A stretch of 64,000 nt of DNA from Gemmatimonas sp. Lineage in GTDB: Bacteria > Gemmatimonadota > Gemmatimonadetes > Gemmatimonadales > Gemmatimonadaceae. The position numbers and the translations under genes were made by a program. The notes beneath the pieces were generated by a model. The model made no database searches and had not been told where the DNA came from. It saw nothing but the letters and a program-made list of their open reading frames with translations. The stretch covers positions 1 to 64,000 of the forward strand of contig JANNVQ010000053.1 in assembly GCA_031414535.1 (NCBI GenBank). Direction: 5' to 3'. Each line of letters begins with the position of its first letter. The stretch's first letter is position 1. This document shows positions 52,041 through 61,792 of the stretch, in pieces.

Positions 52041-52825
52041 TTCGCTTTGAGGACGTGGTACTCCGATATCCGCACGCGCCGGCGCCAGCGGTGAACGGCA
52101 TCTCGCTTGAGAGCGCGCCGGGCAAGATCACCGCAGTCGTCGGACCAAATGGGAGCGGCAAGAGCACGCTCGTTCGCGCTCTGCTTGGTCGTATCCCTTT
52201 GGAGCGCGGGCGCATTACGTGGCAGGGCGCATCGCTCGAAAAGGCGGATCGTCGCCATCTCGCCACGGAATTAGCGGTCGTGCCTCAGCGAGAAGAGCCT
52301 GCCTTCCCGCTGCGCGTGCGCGATTACATCGCGCTAGGCCGGCATCCGCATGGAGGACCGTTTGCGGGCCGCAACGCTGCCGATCGCGACGCGATTGCCA
52401 CCGCCATCACGCGTGCCGACGTCGCCGAGTTTGCGGAACGGAACACGGACGAGCTGTCGGGTGGAGAGTGGCAGCGCGTGCGAATCGCGCGTGCCCTTGC
52501 ACAGGGCGCTCGGGCGCTGGTGCTCGATGAGCCCACCACGTTCTTGGACATCGCGCACGAAATGTCTGTGTTCGAACTGCTCGACGCCTTGGCTCGCGAA
52601 GGGCAGGGCATCCTGCTTGTGAGTCATCAGCTCAACCTCGTGGCTCGCTTCGCGGACCACATCGTGCTTCTGCATCGTGGCCAAGTGGCTGCGGCAGGCG
52701 CCCCCAGCGATGTGATGCGCGGCGAAATCCTCGAGCGTGTCTACGAGTGGCCACTCGTCGTTTCGCGTGACCCCGCCGTCGGTGCACCCGTGCTCGTTCC
52801 GCTCCGCGGCCGCGGCACGCGCTAG
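52037..52825 (+). CDS. btuD: Cobalamin ABC transporter ATPase (BtuD-like)
   Basis: GPNGSGKST, LSGGEWQR, LDEPT. Confidence 0.85.
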   Translation: MIRFEDVVLRYPHAPAPAVNGISLESAPGKITAVVGPNGSGKSTLVRALLGRIPLERGRITWQGASLEKADRRHLATELAVVPQREEPAFPLRVRDYIALGRHPHGGPFAGRNAADRDAIATAITRADVAEFAERNTDELSGGEWQRVRIARALAQGARALVLDEPTTFLDIAHEMSVFELLDALAREGQGILLVSHQLNLVARFADHIVLLHRGQVAAAGAPSDVMRGEILERVYEWPLVVSRDPAVGAPVLVPLRGRGTR

Positions 52826-52829
52826 TCGC

Positions 52830-52885
52830 TCGTCCTTCGTCCTTCGTCATCCGTCATCCGTCCTCTGTCCTCCGTCCTCCCTCAT
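52830..52885 (+). repeat. Eight-unit heptamer tandem array before btuB
   Basis: TCGTCCT TCGTCCT TCGTCAT CCGTCAT CCGTCCT CTGTCCT CCGTCCT CCCTCAT. Confidence 0.9.
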
Positions 52886-52892
52886 CACTCAC

Positions 52893-54806
52893 ATGCGCAA
52901 TCTCCTCGTACTCCTTTCGCTTCCGAGCCTCGTACTCGCTCAGGACACGCTTGCTCCCACAGTTATCACCGCTACGCGCCTGCCTACGCCGCTCTCGGCG
53001 CAGACGGCTACCGTCACGGTGCTCGAAGGCTCCGCGCTCCGCGCCGAAGGCATCACGCACGTCGGTGACGCGTTGCGCCGAGTGCCGGGCATTGCGATGG
53101 CACGTTCCTCGGGCATTGGCTCCCAGCACACGGTGTTCATGCGCGGCGCGCAGGGCAATTACGTGCGGGTGCTCGTGGACGGTGTGGCCATCAACGAGCC
53201 AGGCGGTACACTCGACTTGGGCCGTCTCACGCTCGACGACGTAGAACGCATCGAAGTCGTGCGTGGCCCCGCCAGCGTCCTGTACGGGTCAGAGGCCGTG
53301 GCCGGCGTGATCCAAATCATCACCCGAAGTGGCGGTGCGCGCCGCGTGAGTGCGGAGCTTGGCGGTGGTTCATTCGGCACCGTGCGCGGGTCGCTCGGCG
53401 CGAGCGGTACGCTCGGCAATCTCGGCTGGTCGCTGCAGGGTGACCGGCATGCCATGGATGGCGTGCTGGCCTTTAACAATGCGTATCGCAACGACGGCAT
53501 CAGTGCCGCCCTGCGCTTCGCACCTGACGACCGCACGGACCTGAAGCTCACCACCCGCTACAACAGCTCGATGTACGAGTATCCCACTGGCTCCTCGGGT
53601 ACTCTCGTTGATCGTAACGCCGAGCGCACGGAGCATCGGGTGTTGGCCGGCCTTGAGGCTGGCCGTCGCTGGACCTCGCGCATTGAGACGCGCGCGCAGT
53701 ATACCTGGATGGATCTCCTGCCACGCACCAACGATGGTTCGGACACGCCCGGCGACACGCTTGGCTTCTACGGCTACTTCGCGCGCGGCGCGGTGAAGCG
53801 TCGCATGGCGGACGCACGTACCATCATTCGCCTCGCCGATGCGCAGTTCGTCACGCTCGGCGCGGAGTGGGCGCGCGATCAAGAACGCACCTCATCGGTG
53901 AGCCAGAGTCAGTTCGGCGATTTCCCCGATGAACTTCGCGCAGCGCGCGAGAATCGCTCCTTGTACGCACAGGGGCAGGGTGAGGCTGGTCGCTTCAGCT
54001 ACACAGCCGGTGCACGGCTCGACGAGAACTCTGCATTCGGCAGTTTCCGCACCGCCCGGGTCGGCGCCGGTTGGCGCGTGAACCCAGCGCTGCGTATCCG
54101 CAGCTCAGCCGGCACCGCATTTAAGGCGCCGAACTTCTTTGAGAACTTTGCCGGCGGCTTCACGGTCGGCAACCCGGATTTGAAGCCCGAGGAGTCGCGC
54201 TCGGCGGATCTGGGCTTGGAGGTCACGCTCGGCGCTGGTGCCAGCCTCTCCGTCACCGGGTTCGCGCAGGAGTTCACGAATCTCATTCAGTACAATGGCA
54301 GTGTCCCGCCAGGCGATCCGAACTACGAGAACATCGTCGCAGCAAATGCAGGCGGCGTGGAGTTCTCCGCCACCCTGCCGCGCGTTGGCGGCGTGGAGTC
54401 CGTCTTCGGTCACACATGGACGCGCACTAGGGTGGAACAAGCGGGCTTCGATAACACACCCAGCGCAACGTTTGTCGCGGGAGGCCGCCTGCTGCGCCGA
54501 CCCACGCACCTGACCACACTCCAACTGCGCCGCGCGGTTGAGGGACTCGGTCAGTTCTCGGCGCTCGTTGTTCGCACTGGCGAGCGGGAAGATCGCGACT
54601 TCTCGACCTTCCCAGCCGGTGTCGTGACGCTCGGTGGCTTCACCACCATCGATCTCTCGGCGGAGCTCCAACTCCCCTCTGCGCTCGGGACCGCTGCGCG
54701 GCTTATTCTGCGCGCCGACAACGTGACGGATGTGCAGTTCACACAGATCTCGGGCTTCCAGAGCCCAGGTCGCATCATTTACGCGGGACTTAGATTGCAA
54801 CGGTGA
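52893..54806 (+). CDS. btuB: TonB-dependent vitamin B12 receptor
   Basis: TonB box TVITATR, plug VLVDGV...ERIEVVRGPASVLYG, GNPDLKPE, LLRRP. Start moved to ATG 52893. Confidence 0.88.
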   Translation: MRNLLVLLSLPSLVLAQDTLAPTVITATRLPTPLSAQTATVTVLEGSALRAEGITHVGDALRRVPGIAMARSSGIGSQHTVFMRGAQGNYVRVLVDGVAINEPGGTLDLGRLTLDDVERIEVVRGPASVLYGSEAVAGVIQIITRSGGARRVSAELGGGSFGTVRGSLGASGTLGNLGWSLQGDRHAMDGVLAFNNAYRNDGISAALRFAPDDRTDLKLTTRYNSSMYEYPTGSSGTLVDRNAERTEHRVLAGLEAGRRWTSRIETRAQYTWMDLLPRTNDGSDTPGDTLGFYGYFARGAVKRRMADARTIIRLADAQFVTLGAEWARDQERTSSVSQSQFGDFPDELRAARENRSLYAQGQGEAGRFSYTAGARLDENSAFGSFRTARVGAGWRVNPALRIRSSAGTAFKAPNFFENFAGGFTVGNPDLKPEESRSADLGLEVTLGAGASLSVTGFAQEFTNLIQYNGSVPPGDPNYENIVAANAGGVEFSATLPRVGGVESVFGHTWTRTRVEQAGFDNTPSATFVAGGRLLRRPTHLTTLQLRRAVEGLGQFSALVVRTGEREDRDFSTFPAGVVTLGGFTTIDLSAELQLPSALGTAARLILRADNVTDVQFTQISGFQSPGRIIYAGLRLQR

Positions 54807-55546
54807 TCGAGACCGCCGCCATCGTCCTGCATAGCTTCGACTACCGGGAGACGAGCCGCATTGTGCGGCTCGCCACCCGAGAGTCCGGAGTGGTCTCGGC
54901 GATCGCGCGCGGCTCGCGGCGCCCCAAGAGCCGTTTTGGGCAGGGGCTAGACCTTTTCACCAGCGGTACGGCCCAGCTCATTATGCATCCGAGCCGGGAC
55001 CTGCACACCTTGGCTGGCTTCGACGCGTCCCGCTCGCGGCCAGCCTTGGCGGAATCTCTTGAGCGATTCGGCGCGGCGGCCGCGCTCTCGGAACTTTGTC
55101 TGCGCTTTGGTACGGAGGCGACCGCCGGAGTCCATGACGCGCTCAGTGACGGCCTCGAACGTCTTGCCGTGAGCGCCGATCATGAAGTCGCCGCCGCTAC
55201 CCTCGCCACCGGCTGGCGCATTGTGGCCGAGTTAGGCTTCGCGCCCTCATTGGATGCGTGCGCCTTCTGTCATCGCGAGATTGCGCCCGATGAGGACACG
55301 CGATTCGCGAATCGCGCCGGTGGCGCCATTTGCTCCAGTTGTCGCAGTCTCGCACCGGCGGCCCGAACCCTGCCCGCGGCCCCACGCAACACGCTACTCG
55401 GCTGGCTCGCCGGCCAGGAGATTCCCCTATCGGATCTCCCCACGGCCAGGGCACATCAACGCCTGCTTCGCGAGTTCCTAGAGGAGCATTTGAGCGACGG
55501 GCGTCCCTTCAAGGCATTCCAGAGTTGGGAACGGCAGAGCGCCTAG
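54803..55546 (+). CDS. recO: DNA repair protein RecO
   Basis: AIVLHSFDYRETSRIV, ARGSRRPKSRF, GFAPSLDACAFC...CSSC. Confidence 0.93.
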   Translation: MIETAAIVLHSFDYRETSRIVRLATRESGVVSAIARGSRRPKSRFGQGLDLFTSGTAQLIMHPSRDLHTLAGFDASRSRPALAESLERFGAAAALSELCLRFGTEATAGVHDALSDGLERLAVSADHEVAAATLATGWRIVAELGFAPSLDACAFCHREIAPDEDTRFANRAGGAICSSCRSLAPAARTLPAAPRNTLLGWLAGQEIPLSDLPTARAHQRLLREFLEEHLSDGRPFKAFQSWERQSA

Positions 55547-55577
55547 CGGTGGAGTCTGCCGAAACGGCGTAGCTTTA

Positions 55578-55594
55578 ACGGCGTAGGGATTGCA
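55578..55594 (+). promoter_or_regulatory. Candidate sigma54 (-24/-12) promoter for clpB
   Basis: acGGCGTAGGGATTGCA: GG(55580-81)-N10-GC(55592-93) with TTGC. Confidence 0.55.
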
Positions 55595-55625
55595 CAAGCA
55601 TGAAGTACTGCCTGTGCTGTTCCTT

Positions 55626-55653
55626 CCGTCCTCCGTCTTCCGTCCCAAGTCCT
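55626..55653 (+). repeat. Heptamer array abutting the clpB GTG
   Basis: CCGTCCT CCGTCTT CCGTCCC AAGTCCT then GTG. Confidence 0.8.
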
Positions 55654-58236
55654 GTGCTAAACCCCGACCGCCTCACTGTCAAATCAAGCGAAGCCATCAC
55701 CGACGCGGTCACCATCGCGCGTTTGGCCGGCAACCCGCTTGTGCACGACACGCACCTCTTGCTCGCGTTGCTGCGGCAAGACGAGGGCATCGTTGTCCCC
55801 ATCTTACAGAAGCTCGGCGTCGCGATTCCCGCACTCACGCAGTCAATTGAGCGCGAGACCGCACGCTATCCTAAGCAGAGCGACGCGCAGCCCTCGTTGG
55901 CGCGCGAAGTCAGCGCCGTGCTCGACGCCGCTGAGGCCGAGGCCAAGAAGCTCGGCGACGAATACATCTCCATCGAGCACCTGCTATTGGGTCTCATGTC
56001 TGCCAAGGGCTCCGATAGCGCCAACTTGCTTAAGGCTCAGCGTGTCTCGCTTGATGGCCTGAAGGACGCGTTAGCGTCCGTGCGTGGTACCCACCGCGTC
56101 ACCGACCAGACGCCGGAGAATCAGTACCAGGCGCTGCAGAAATTCACCCGCGACCTCACCGAGGATGCCCGGAAGGGCAAGCTCGATCCCGTGATTGGAC
56201 GTGACGAGGAAGTGCGCCGCGTGATGCAAGTATTGTCGCGCCGCACCAAGAATAACCCCGTCCTCATCGGTGAGCCCGGTGTGGGCAAGACCGCTATTGC
56301 CGAAGGGCTCGCGCAGCGCATCGTCAACGGCGATGTGCCAGAGTCGTTGCGCAACAAGCGCCTCATCTCATTGGACCTCGGCGCATTGATTGCCGGTGCC
56401 AAGTTCCGAGGGGAGTTCGAGGAGCGATTGAAGGCAGTCCTCAAGGAGATTGTGTCGAGCGAAGGTAAATTCGTCGTGTTCATTGACGAGTTGCACACCT
56501 TGGTTGGGGCAGGCAAGGCCGAGGGCTCGATGGACGCTGGCAACATGCTCAAGCCCATGCTTGCGCGTGGTGAACTTCGCGTGGTTGGCGCCACAACGCT
56601 GGATGAGTACCGCAAGCACGTGGAGAAGGATCCGGCCCTTGAGCGTCGCTTTCAGCCTGTGTTCGTGGGCGAGCCGACCGTGGAGAACACCATCGCGATC
56701 CTGCGCGGCCTGAAGGAACGCTACGAGTCGCACCACGGCGTGCGCATCACCGACGGAGCCGTCGTTGCCGCAGCGACGCTGTCCAATCGCTACATCGGCG
56801 ATCGGTTTTTGCCGGACAAGGCCATCGACCTCATGGACGAGGCCGCGTCACGCATGCGTATCGAGATAGACTCGCTGCCGCAGGAGATTGACGAGGTTGA
56901 TCGCAAGGTTGTGCAGCTCGAGATTGAACGTCAGGCCCTGTCTAAGGAAAAGGATGCCGCGTCCGTAGAGCGTCGCGCTGCCATTGAACATCAACTCGCC
57001 GAGCTCAAGGAGCAGGGCGCGGGGATGAAGGCGCAATGGCAGCTCGAGAAGGACGCGCTCAGCGAAGTGGGCACGCTCAAGACCAAGATTGAAGAACAGC
57101 GCACGCTCGTGGAAAAGGCCACGCGCGAGGGCGACTTGCAGAAGGCCGCCGAGATTCAGTACGGCAGCGTGCCCAAGCTTGAGCAGGAACTGAAGGCCGT
57201 CGAAGCGCGGCTCGCCGAACACGCGGGCACGGCGCGCTACCTCAAGGAGGAGGTCACTGCCGACGACATCGCCGAAATCGTGGCGCGGTGGACGGGGATC
57301 CCCGTCACGCGCATGCTCGAAGGCGAGCGTGAGCGCTTAGCGCGCCTCGATAAGGAACTCGCGAAGCGCGTGGTGGGACAAGTCGAGGCCGTAGAGGCGG
57401 TGGCCAATGCGGTGCGCCGTTCGCGCGCCGGACTGCAGGATCCCAATCGTCCCATTGGTTCTTTCATCTTTCTCGGCCCTACGGGCGTGGGCAAGACCGA
57501 GACCGCGCGCGCGCTCGCCGAGTTCCTGTTTGATGACGAGCAGGCGATGGTGCGCATTGACATGTCGGAGTACATGGAGAAGCACGCCGTCTCGCGGCTC
57601 ATCGGCGCGCCTCCAGGCTACGTCGGCTACGACGAGGGCGGCCAGCTCACCGAGGCCGTGCGGCGGCGCCCGTACTCGGTTGTACTCTTTGACGAGATTG
57701 AAAAGGCGCATCCGGACGTGTTCAACATCCTGCTGCAGATTCTCGATGACGGGCGCCTCACCGACTCGCAGGGGCGCACGGTGGACTTCCGCAACGTCGT
57801 CATCATTATGACGAGCAACGTGGGGTCGAGCTGGATTCTCGAACACGCGGGCAGCGACTGGGCGCTCGTGGAGACACAGGTGACGAGCGCCTTGCGCAGC
57901 CAGTTCAAGCCGGAGTTTCTCAACCGTGTGGACGACATCGTCATCTTCCGGCCGCTCGGGCAGGAACAGATCACGCATATCGTTGGCCTGCAGCTGAAGC
58001 GCCTCGACCAACTCCTTGCGGACCGGAAGATCACGCTCACGCTTAGCGATGCAGCGCAGGCCTTGCTGGCCACCGAGGGCTACGAGCCCGCATTCGGCGC
58101 ACGGCCACTCAAGCGTGCCATCCAACGCATGTTGCAGAATCCACTCGCGATTGCCTTGCTCGAGGGCAAGTTCAAGGACGGCGATGCAATCGTGGCGAGT
58201 GTCGAAGGCGATCACATCGTGTTCGCCACCGCGTGA
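55654..58236 (+). CDS. clpB: ATP-dependent chaperone ClpB
   Basis: Two AAA+ modules ([16 protein letters not shown]), coiled-coil middle domain, GYVGYDEGG. Start moved to GTG 55654. Confidence 0.97.
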   Translation: MLNPDRLTVKSSEAITDAVTIARLAGNPLVHDTHLLLALLRQDEGIVVPILQKLGVAIPALTQSIERETARYPKQSDAQPSLAREVSAVLDAAEAEAKKLGDEYISIEHLLLGLMSAKGSDSANLLKAQRVSLDGLKDALASVRGTHRVTDQTPENQYQALQKFTRDLTEDARKGKLDPVIGRDEEVRRVMQVLSRRTKNNPVLIGEPGVGKTAIAEGLAQRIVNGDVPESLRNKRLISLDLGALIAGAKFRGEFEERLKAVLKEIVSSEGKFVVFIDELHTLVGAGKAEGSMDAGNMLKPMLARGELRVVGATTLDEYRKHVEKDPALERRFQPVFVGEPTVENTIAILRGLKERYESHHGVRITDGAVVAAATLSNRYIGDRFLPDKAIDLMDEAASRMRIEIDSLPQEIDEVDRKVVQLEIERQALSKEKDAASVERRAAIEHQLAELKEQGAGMKAQWQLEKDALSEVGTLKTKIEEQRTLVEKATREGDLQKAAEIQYGSVPKLEQELKAVEARLAEHAGTARYLKEEVTADDIAEIVARWTGIPVTRMLEGERERLARLDKELAKRVVGQVEAVEAVANAVRRSRAGLQDPNRPIGSFIFLGPTGVGKTETARALAEFLFDDEQAMVRIDMSEYMEKHAVSRLIGAPPGYVGYDEGGQLTEAVRRRPYSVVLFDEIEKAHPDVFNILLQILDDGRLTDSQGRTVDFRNVVIIMTSNVGSSWILEHAGSDWALVETQVTSALRSQFKPEFLNRVDDIVIFRPLGQEQITHIVGLQLKRLDQLLADRKITLTLSDAAQALLATEGYEPAFGARPLKRAIQRMLQNPLAIALLEGKFKDGDAIVASVEGDHIVFATA

Positions 58237-58354
58237 GTCGAGCCCGCGTAACGCTCGTCGCCGGACGCGTCCTCGCGCTCGCGTGCTCGGGATCAGGTGG
58301 CAGAAAAGTGGATACCATCCAACGTGTACGCCACCTCCTGTGGAGCTTGCCAGC

Positions 58355-58840
58355 ATGAGATCTGGTCCCGTCACATTCGCCACGCGTGCCGAAGAAGATG
58401 CGTTCTGGATGCGCGAGGCGCTCTCCGAAGCCGCGAAGGCGGCCAAGGCTGGCGAGGTCCCCGTGGGCGCGGTGCTTGTGCACAACGGGCAAGTGATGGC
58501 GCGCGCGGGGAACGCGATGATTGCGGCGAAGGACGCCACCCAGCACGCCGAAATGCGTGCGCTGAAAGCCGCGGCCTACGCCATCGGCGACACGCGACTG
58601 ACGACTGCCACGCTGTATGTGACCCTCGAGCCCTGCGCCATGTGTGCCGGCGCAATCGTCCACACGAGACTCGCGCGCGTGGTGTTCGGGGCGTGGGACG
58701 AAAAGGCTGGGATGGTCGGATCTATCTATGACCTGCTCCGGCACCCGCGGCTGAATCACCGGCCCGAGGTCCAGGCCGGGGTGATGGAATCAGAATGCGC
58801 CGCTTTGCTGACTCAGTTCTTCCAGGCCAAGCGCGGCTGA
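58355..58840 (+). CDS. tadA: tRNA adenosine(34) deaminase TadA
   Basis: GEVPVGAV, HAE, VTLEPCAMC, LNH, FF..KR. Start at ATG 58355 is inferred. Confidence 0.92.
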   Translation: MRSGPVTFATRAEEDAFWMREALSEAAKAAKAGEVPVGAVLVHNGQVMARAGNAMIAAKDATQHAEMRALKAAAYAIGDTRLTTATLYVTLEPCAMCAGAIVHTRLARVVFGAWDEKAGMVGSIYDLLRHPRLNHRPEVQAGVMESECAALLTQFFQAKRG

Positions 58841-58862
58841 ACCGCGGCTGAACCGCGGCTGA
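58832..58862 (+). repeat. 11-bp tandem triplication of the tadA stop region
   Basis: CGCGGCTGAAC CGCGGCTGAAC CGCGGCTGA. Confidence 0.85.
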
Positions 58863-58883
58863 CGCGACGATGACGCGAACACC

Positions 58884-59606
58884 CTAGCGGCAGCGCGCCG
58901 CGAGCAAGCTCGAGCGCACGGCCGCCGCGCTCGCAAGGCGAGCCGTTGGAGCTGGCGCACGGAAGATCGCGAGGTATGCCCCGTCCGCTAACGCGTCGCG
59001 GCGCACAAAGCGGTAGCCCATCGCCTCGAACTCGCAACGCAGCAAGCGCGGTGGCGTGCCGTGCCCGTCAGTCGGTGCGTCCACGTCAAGCACGCCCACG
59101 AGTCCGTCCGATTTAAGCGCGCTCGCTAAGTGATACAGCACGCCAAACGGCTGCTCAATCTCGTGATACATGTGAATCATCAAGGCCACGTCCACGCGAG
59201 CATCGGGCAGCGTCGGATCATGTGGCGCACCTTCAATCACTTGCACGTTCCTCCAGCCCGCGTCCGACACTCGGCGGCGTAGCATCGCCAGATACCGCGG
59301 CTCGATGTCCACCGCGAGAACACGGCCGCTGTCTCCCAAGACCGGCGAGAGTTTCGCGACGTAGTAGCCGTCGCCGGCACCGATGTCCGCTACCGTCTGC
59401 CCGCGGCGGATGCGCAGCGCGCGAATCACGGCCTCGGTCTCACCAAAGGCATCGCGGCGGTCCTCAGCGATCCACCGCGGCGCGACGATGCTCGAAATGG
59501 GACGCGACGGGGCAGGGAAGCTATCCGCGGGGAGCTTGCGCTGGCCGCTGGCCACCGCAGGCAGCAGCCAACAGAGGGCCGCAAGACGGGTCAGGTAGGT
59601 AGTCAC
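58884..59606 (-). CDS. Exported class I SAM-dependent methyltransferase
   Basis: VADIGAGDGYY, VLAVDI, MYHEI; signal-peptide-like N-terminus if started at GTG 59606. Confidence 0.85.
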   Translation of the reverse strand: MTTYLTRLAALCWLLPAVASGQRKLPADSFPAPSRPISSIVAPRWIAEDRRDAFGETEAVIRALRIRRGQTVADIGAGDGYYVAKLSPVLGDSGRVLAVDIEPRYLAMLRRRVSDAGWRNVQVIEGAPHDPTLPDARVDVALMIHMYHEIEQPFGVLYHLASALKSDGLVGVLDVDAPTDGHGTPPRLLRCEFEAMGYRFVRRDALADGAYLAIFRAPAPTARLASAAAVRSSLLAARCR

Positions 59607-59662
59607 GAGAGTGAAGCGCCTGAAAAAGCCCACGGGTTCCCACTGCAATTCCCACACGCCCG

Positions 59663-59691
59663 TTGAACCCCGTCCCGCACCAGACTAACTT
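59663..59691 (+). promoter_or_regulatory. Sigma70-type promoter of the tRNA-Ser pair
   Basis: TTGAAC (59663-68), 17-nt spacer, TAACTT (59686-91), 12 nt before the tRNA. Confidence 0.7.
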
Positions 59692-59703
59692 CCGCAGTCT
59701 GTT

Positions 59704-59790
59704 GGACAGGTGGCCGAGTGGTTGAAGGCACCGGTCTCGAAAACCGGCGTACCGGCAACGGTATCGAGAGTTCGAATCTCTCCCTGTCCG
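59704..59790 (+). tRNA. tRNA-Ser(CGA)
   Basis: Acceptor stem GGACAGG/CCTGTCC, anticodon arm CCGGT-CT CGA AA-ACCGG, long variable arm, GTTCGAATC; CCA not encoded. Confidence 0.97.
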
Positions 59791-59882
59791 TGTTCCATCA
59801 GACGCGCTGGAGCTCCCGGCGCGTTGTCGTTTGCGGGACCGTTTTGACCGTTATGCCCGAGCTGTTCCCGCAGTGTTCCTAG

Positions 59883-59970
59883 GGACGGGTGGCCGAGTGG
59901 TTTAAGGCGCACGCCTGGAAAGTGTGTGTACGTTAATAGCGTACCGTGGGTTCGAATCCCACCCCGTCCG
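59883..59970 (+). tRNA. tRNA-Ser(GGA)
   Basis: Acceptor stem GGACGGG/CCCGTCC, anticodon arm CACGC-CT GGA AA-GTGTG, long variable arm, GTTCGAATC; CCA not encoded. Confidence 0.97.
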
Positions 59971-59981
59971 TGACTCACCTG

Positions 59982-60026
59982 TTGCGCGGCAGTCCTCGAA
60001 AAGAGGCCTGCCGCGCAAACCTTTCT
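59982..60026 (+). terminator. Probable terminator after the tRNA operon
   Basis: TTGCGCGGCAG T CCTC GAAAA GAGG C CTGCCGCGCAA then ACCTTTCT. Confidence 0.6.
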
Positions 60027-60067
60027 GGGGTACCGAGTGTCTGAATCAGTGAACACAGGAGCCACCC

Positions 60068-60238
60068 ATGGAAACCACAGTGAAGCGCACAACAGAAGCA
60101 CGCATCGAACTCTTTGACGCCAACGGCCGTCTGATCGGCACCATCACCCGTCCCTTGGAGCCAGAAGTCCTAGGCCGCGGCCGTGAAAAGGTGTATCTCG
60201 CCCGCCGCGTCCCAAATCAGGCCTCGCAAGCGGCATAA
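60068..60238 (+). CDS. Small 56-aa protein, absent from the ORF track
   Basis: CAGGAG SD 6 nt before ATG; METTVKRTTEARIELFDANGRLIGTITRPLEPEVLGRGREKVYLARRVPNQASQAA*. Confidence 0.7.
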   Translation: METTVKRTTEARIELFDANGRLIGTITRPLEPEVLGRGREKVYLARRVPNQASQAA

Positions 60239-60290
60239 ATCGTCAGAGGCCGCTCCCGCCAACAGGTGAGCGCGGCCATATTTCAGGGCA

Positions 60291-60836
60291 ATGTCATCTG
60301 CCCCCGTCGTCCTTCTGAATGCGCGCGCCGTCGCGCGGACGATTTCGCGCATGGCCGACGAGATTCTCGAGCGCAATGATGGCCACGAGCGCCTCATGCT
60401 CGTCGGCATTCAGCGCCGCGGCGTGCAAATCGCCGAACGCCTTGCCCAGGTCATCAAGGAACGTGAGGGCGCCACGGTCCCGCTCGGCGCGCTCGACATC
60501 ACGCTCTATCGCGATGACCTGCAGACCGTCGGCCCGCGCCCAGTCGTCGGTCAAACGCATCTGCCCATGGCCCTCGAAGGCCAAGTCGTCGTCATTGTAG
60601 ACGACGTGCTCTTCACTGGCCGCACCATTCGTGCGGCACTCGATGAACTCGCGGACTTCGGTCGCCCAGCGCGCATCATGCTGGCCGTGCTCGTGGACCG
60701 CGGGGGACGCGAACTGCCGATTCACGCAGACGTGGTGGGCCACACCGTCACCGTACAACCGGGCGGACGCGTGGACGTCTTCGTACCGCAACTCGATGAC
60801 CGCGACGAAGTGACCATGGTGGGAGGCGGCACGTGA
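60291..60836 (+). CDS. pyrR: PyrR regulator / uracil phosphoribosyltransferase
   Basis: [39 protein letters not shown]. Confidence 0.95.
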   Translation: MSSAPVVLLNARAVARTISRMADEILERNDGHERLMLVGIQRRGVQIAERLAQVIKEREGATVPLGALDITLYRDDLQTVGPRPVVGQTHLPMALEGQVVVIVDDVLFTGRTIRAALDELADFGRPARIMLAVLVDRGGRELPIHADVVGHTVTVQPGGRVDVFVPQLDDRDEVTMVGGGT

Positions 60837-61792
60837 CCTCGCCGCTCGGGAAGGATCTGATCGGACTCGCCGGACTCACGCGCGAACAGATCACCACCAT
60901 CCTCGATGTCGCGGAGCCGTTGCGAGAAGTCTCCGAACGAGCCATCAAGAAGGTTCCGACCCTCCGCGGCATGACGGTCGTGAACCTCTTTTTTGAGGCC
61001 TCCACGCGTACGCGCATCTCGTTTGAGTTCGCCGAGAAGCGAATGAGCGCGGACACGGTGAATGTTGCCCCGGGTAGTTCCTCCGTCTCGAAGGGCGAGA
61101 CGCTTGTGGACACGGCGCGCAATCTCGAGGCCATGCGCATTGATATGGTCGTCATCCGCCACGGCAGCTCCGGAGCCGCGCGCTTTCTCGCGGAGCGGAT
61201 TGAATCCAACGTCATCAACGCCGGTGATGGTACGCACGAGCACCCCACGCAGGGGTTACTCGACCTCCTGACGCTACGCCAACGCTTTGGCTCGCTTGAA
61301 GGTCGCCGCATCTGCATCTGCGGCGATGTGTTGCATTCGCGCGTCGCGCGTTCCAACATCTGGGGACTCAAAGCGCTTGGGGCCGAGGTCGCGGTGTGTG
61401 GCCCGCGCTCGCTGCTGCCCAACGCCATCCACGAGATGGGTGTCGTGGTCTTCAATCGCATTGAAGAAGCCATCGAATGGGCCGAGGCGCTCAACGTGTT
61501 GCGCCTGCAGCTCGAGCGCATGCAGATGGGATACATCCCATCGCTACGCGAGTACAACCGTGTGTTTGGTGTCACCCGCGCGCGCCTCGATAAGGCGCCG
61601 CGCGACATTCTCATCCTTCATCCTGGGCCCATGAATCGCGGCGTGGAGATTGACTCCGACGTTGCCGATGGCCCGCACTCCGTGATCCTCGACCAAGTAA
61701 CCAACGGCGTGGCCGTACGCATGGCCGTGCTCTATCTCCTCGCGGGCCAGAAGGCCTCGCTCGCCGACGTCGCCAAGGGTGGTGCCCAGTGA
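60833..61792 (+). CDS. pyrB: Aspartate carbamoyltransferase catalytic subunit
   Basis: [35 protein letters not shown]. Confidence 0.97.
   Translation: MTSPLGKDLIGLAGLTREQITTILDVAEPLREVSERAIKKVPTLRGMTVVNLFFEASTRTRISFEFAEKRMSADTVNVAPGSSSVSKGETLVDTARNLEAMRIDMVVIRHGSSGAARFLAERIESNVINAGDGTHEHPTQGLLDLLTLRQRFGSLEGRRICICGDVLHSRVARSNIWGLKALGAEVAVCGPRSLLPNAIHEMGVVVFNRIEEAIEWAEALNVLRLQLERMQMGYIPSLREYNRVFGVTRARLDKAPRDILILHPGPMNRGVEIDSDVADGPHSVILDQVTNGVAVRMAVLYLLAGQKASLADVAKGGAQ

Noticed and set aside
59637..59655. TTCCCAC direct repeat upstream of the tRNA promoter as a regulator site
   Set aside because: Two 7-mers with no other support; could be chance.
60238..60251. PyrR-binding attenuator upstream of pyrR (AATCGTCAGAGGCC)
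   Set aside because: Only a partial match to ARUCCNGNGAGGYU, with no convincing flanking stem or terminator in the 52-nt gap.
59704..60290. Prophage or genomic island integrated at tRNA-Ser
   Set aside because: No integrase and no duplicated tRNA 3' end seen; core genes flank both sides.
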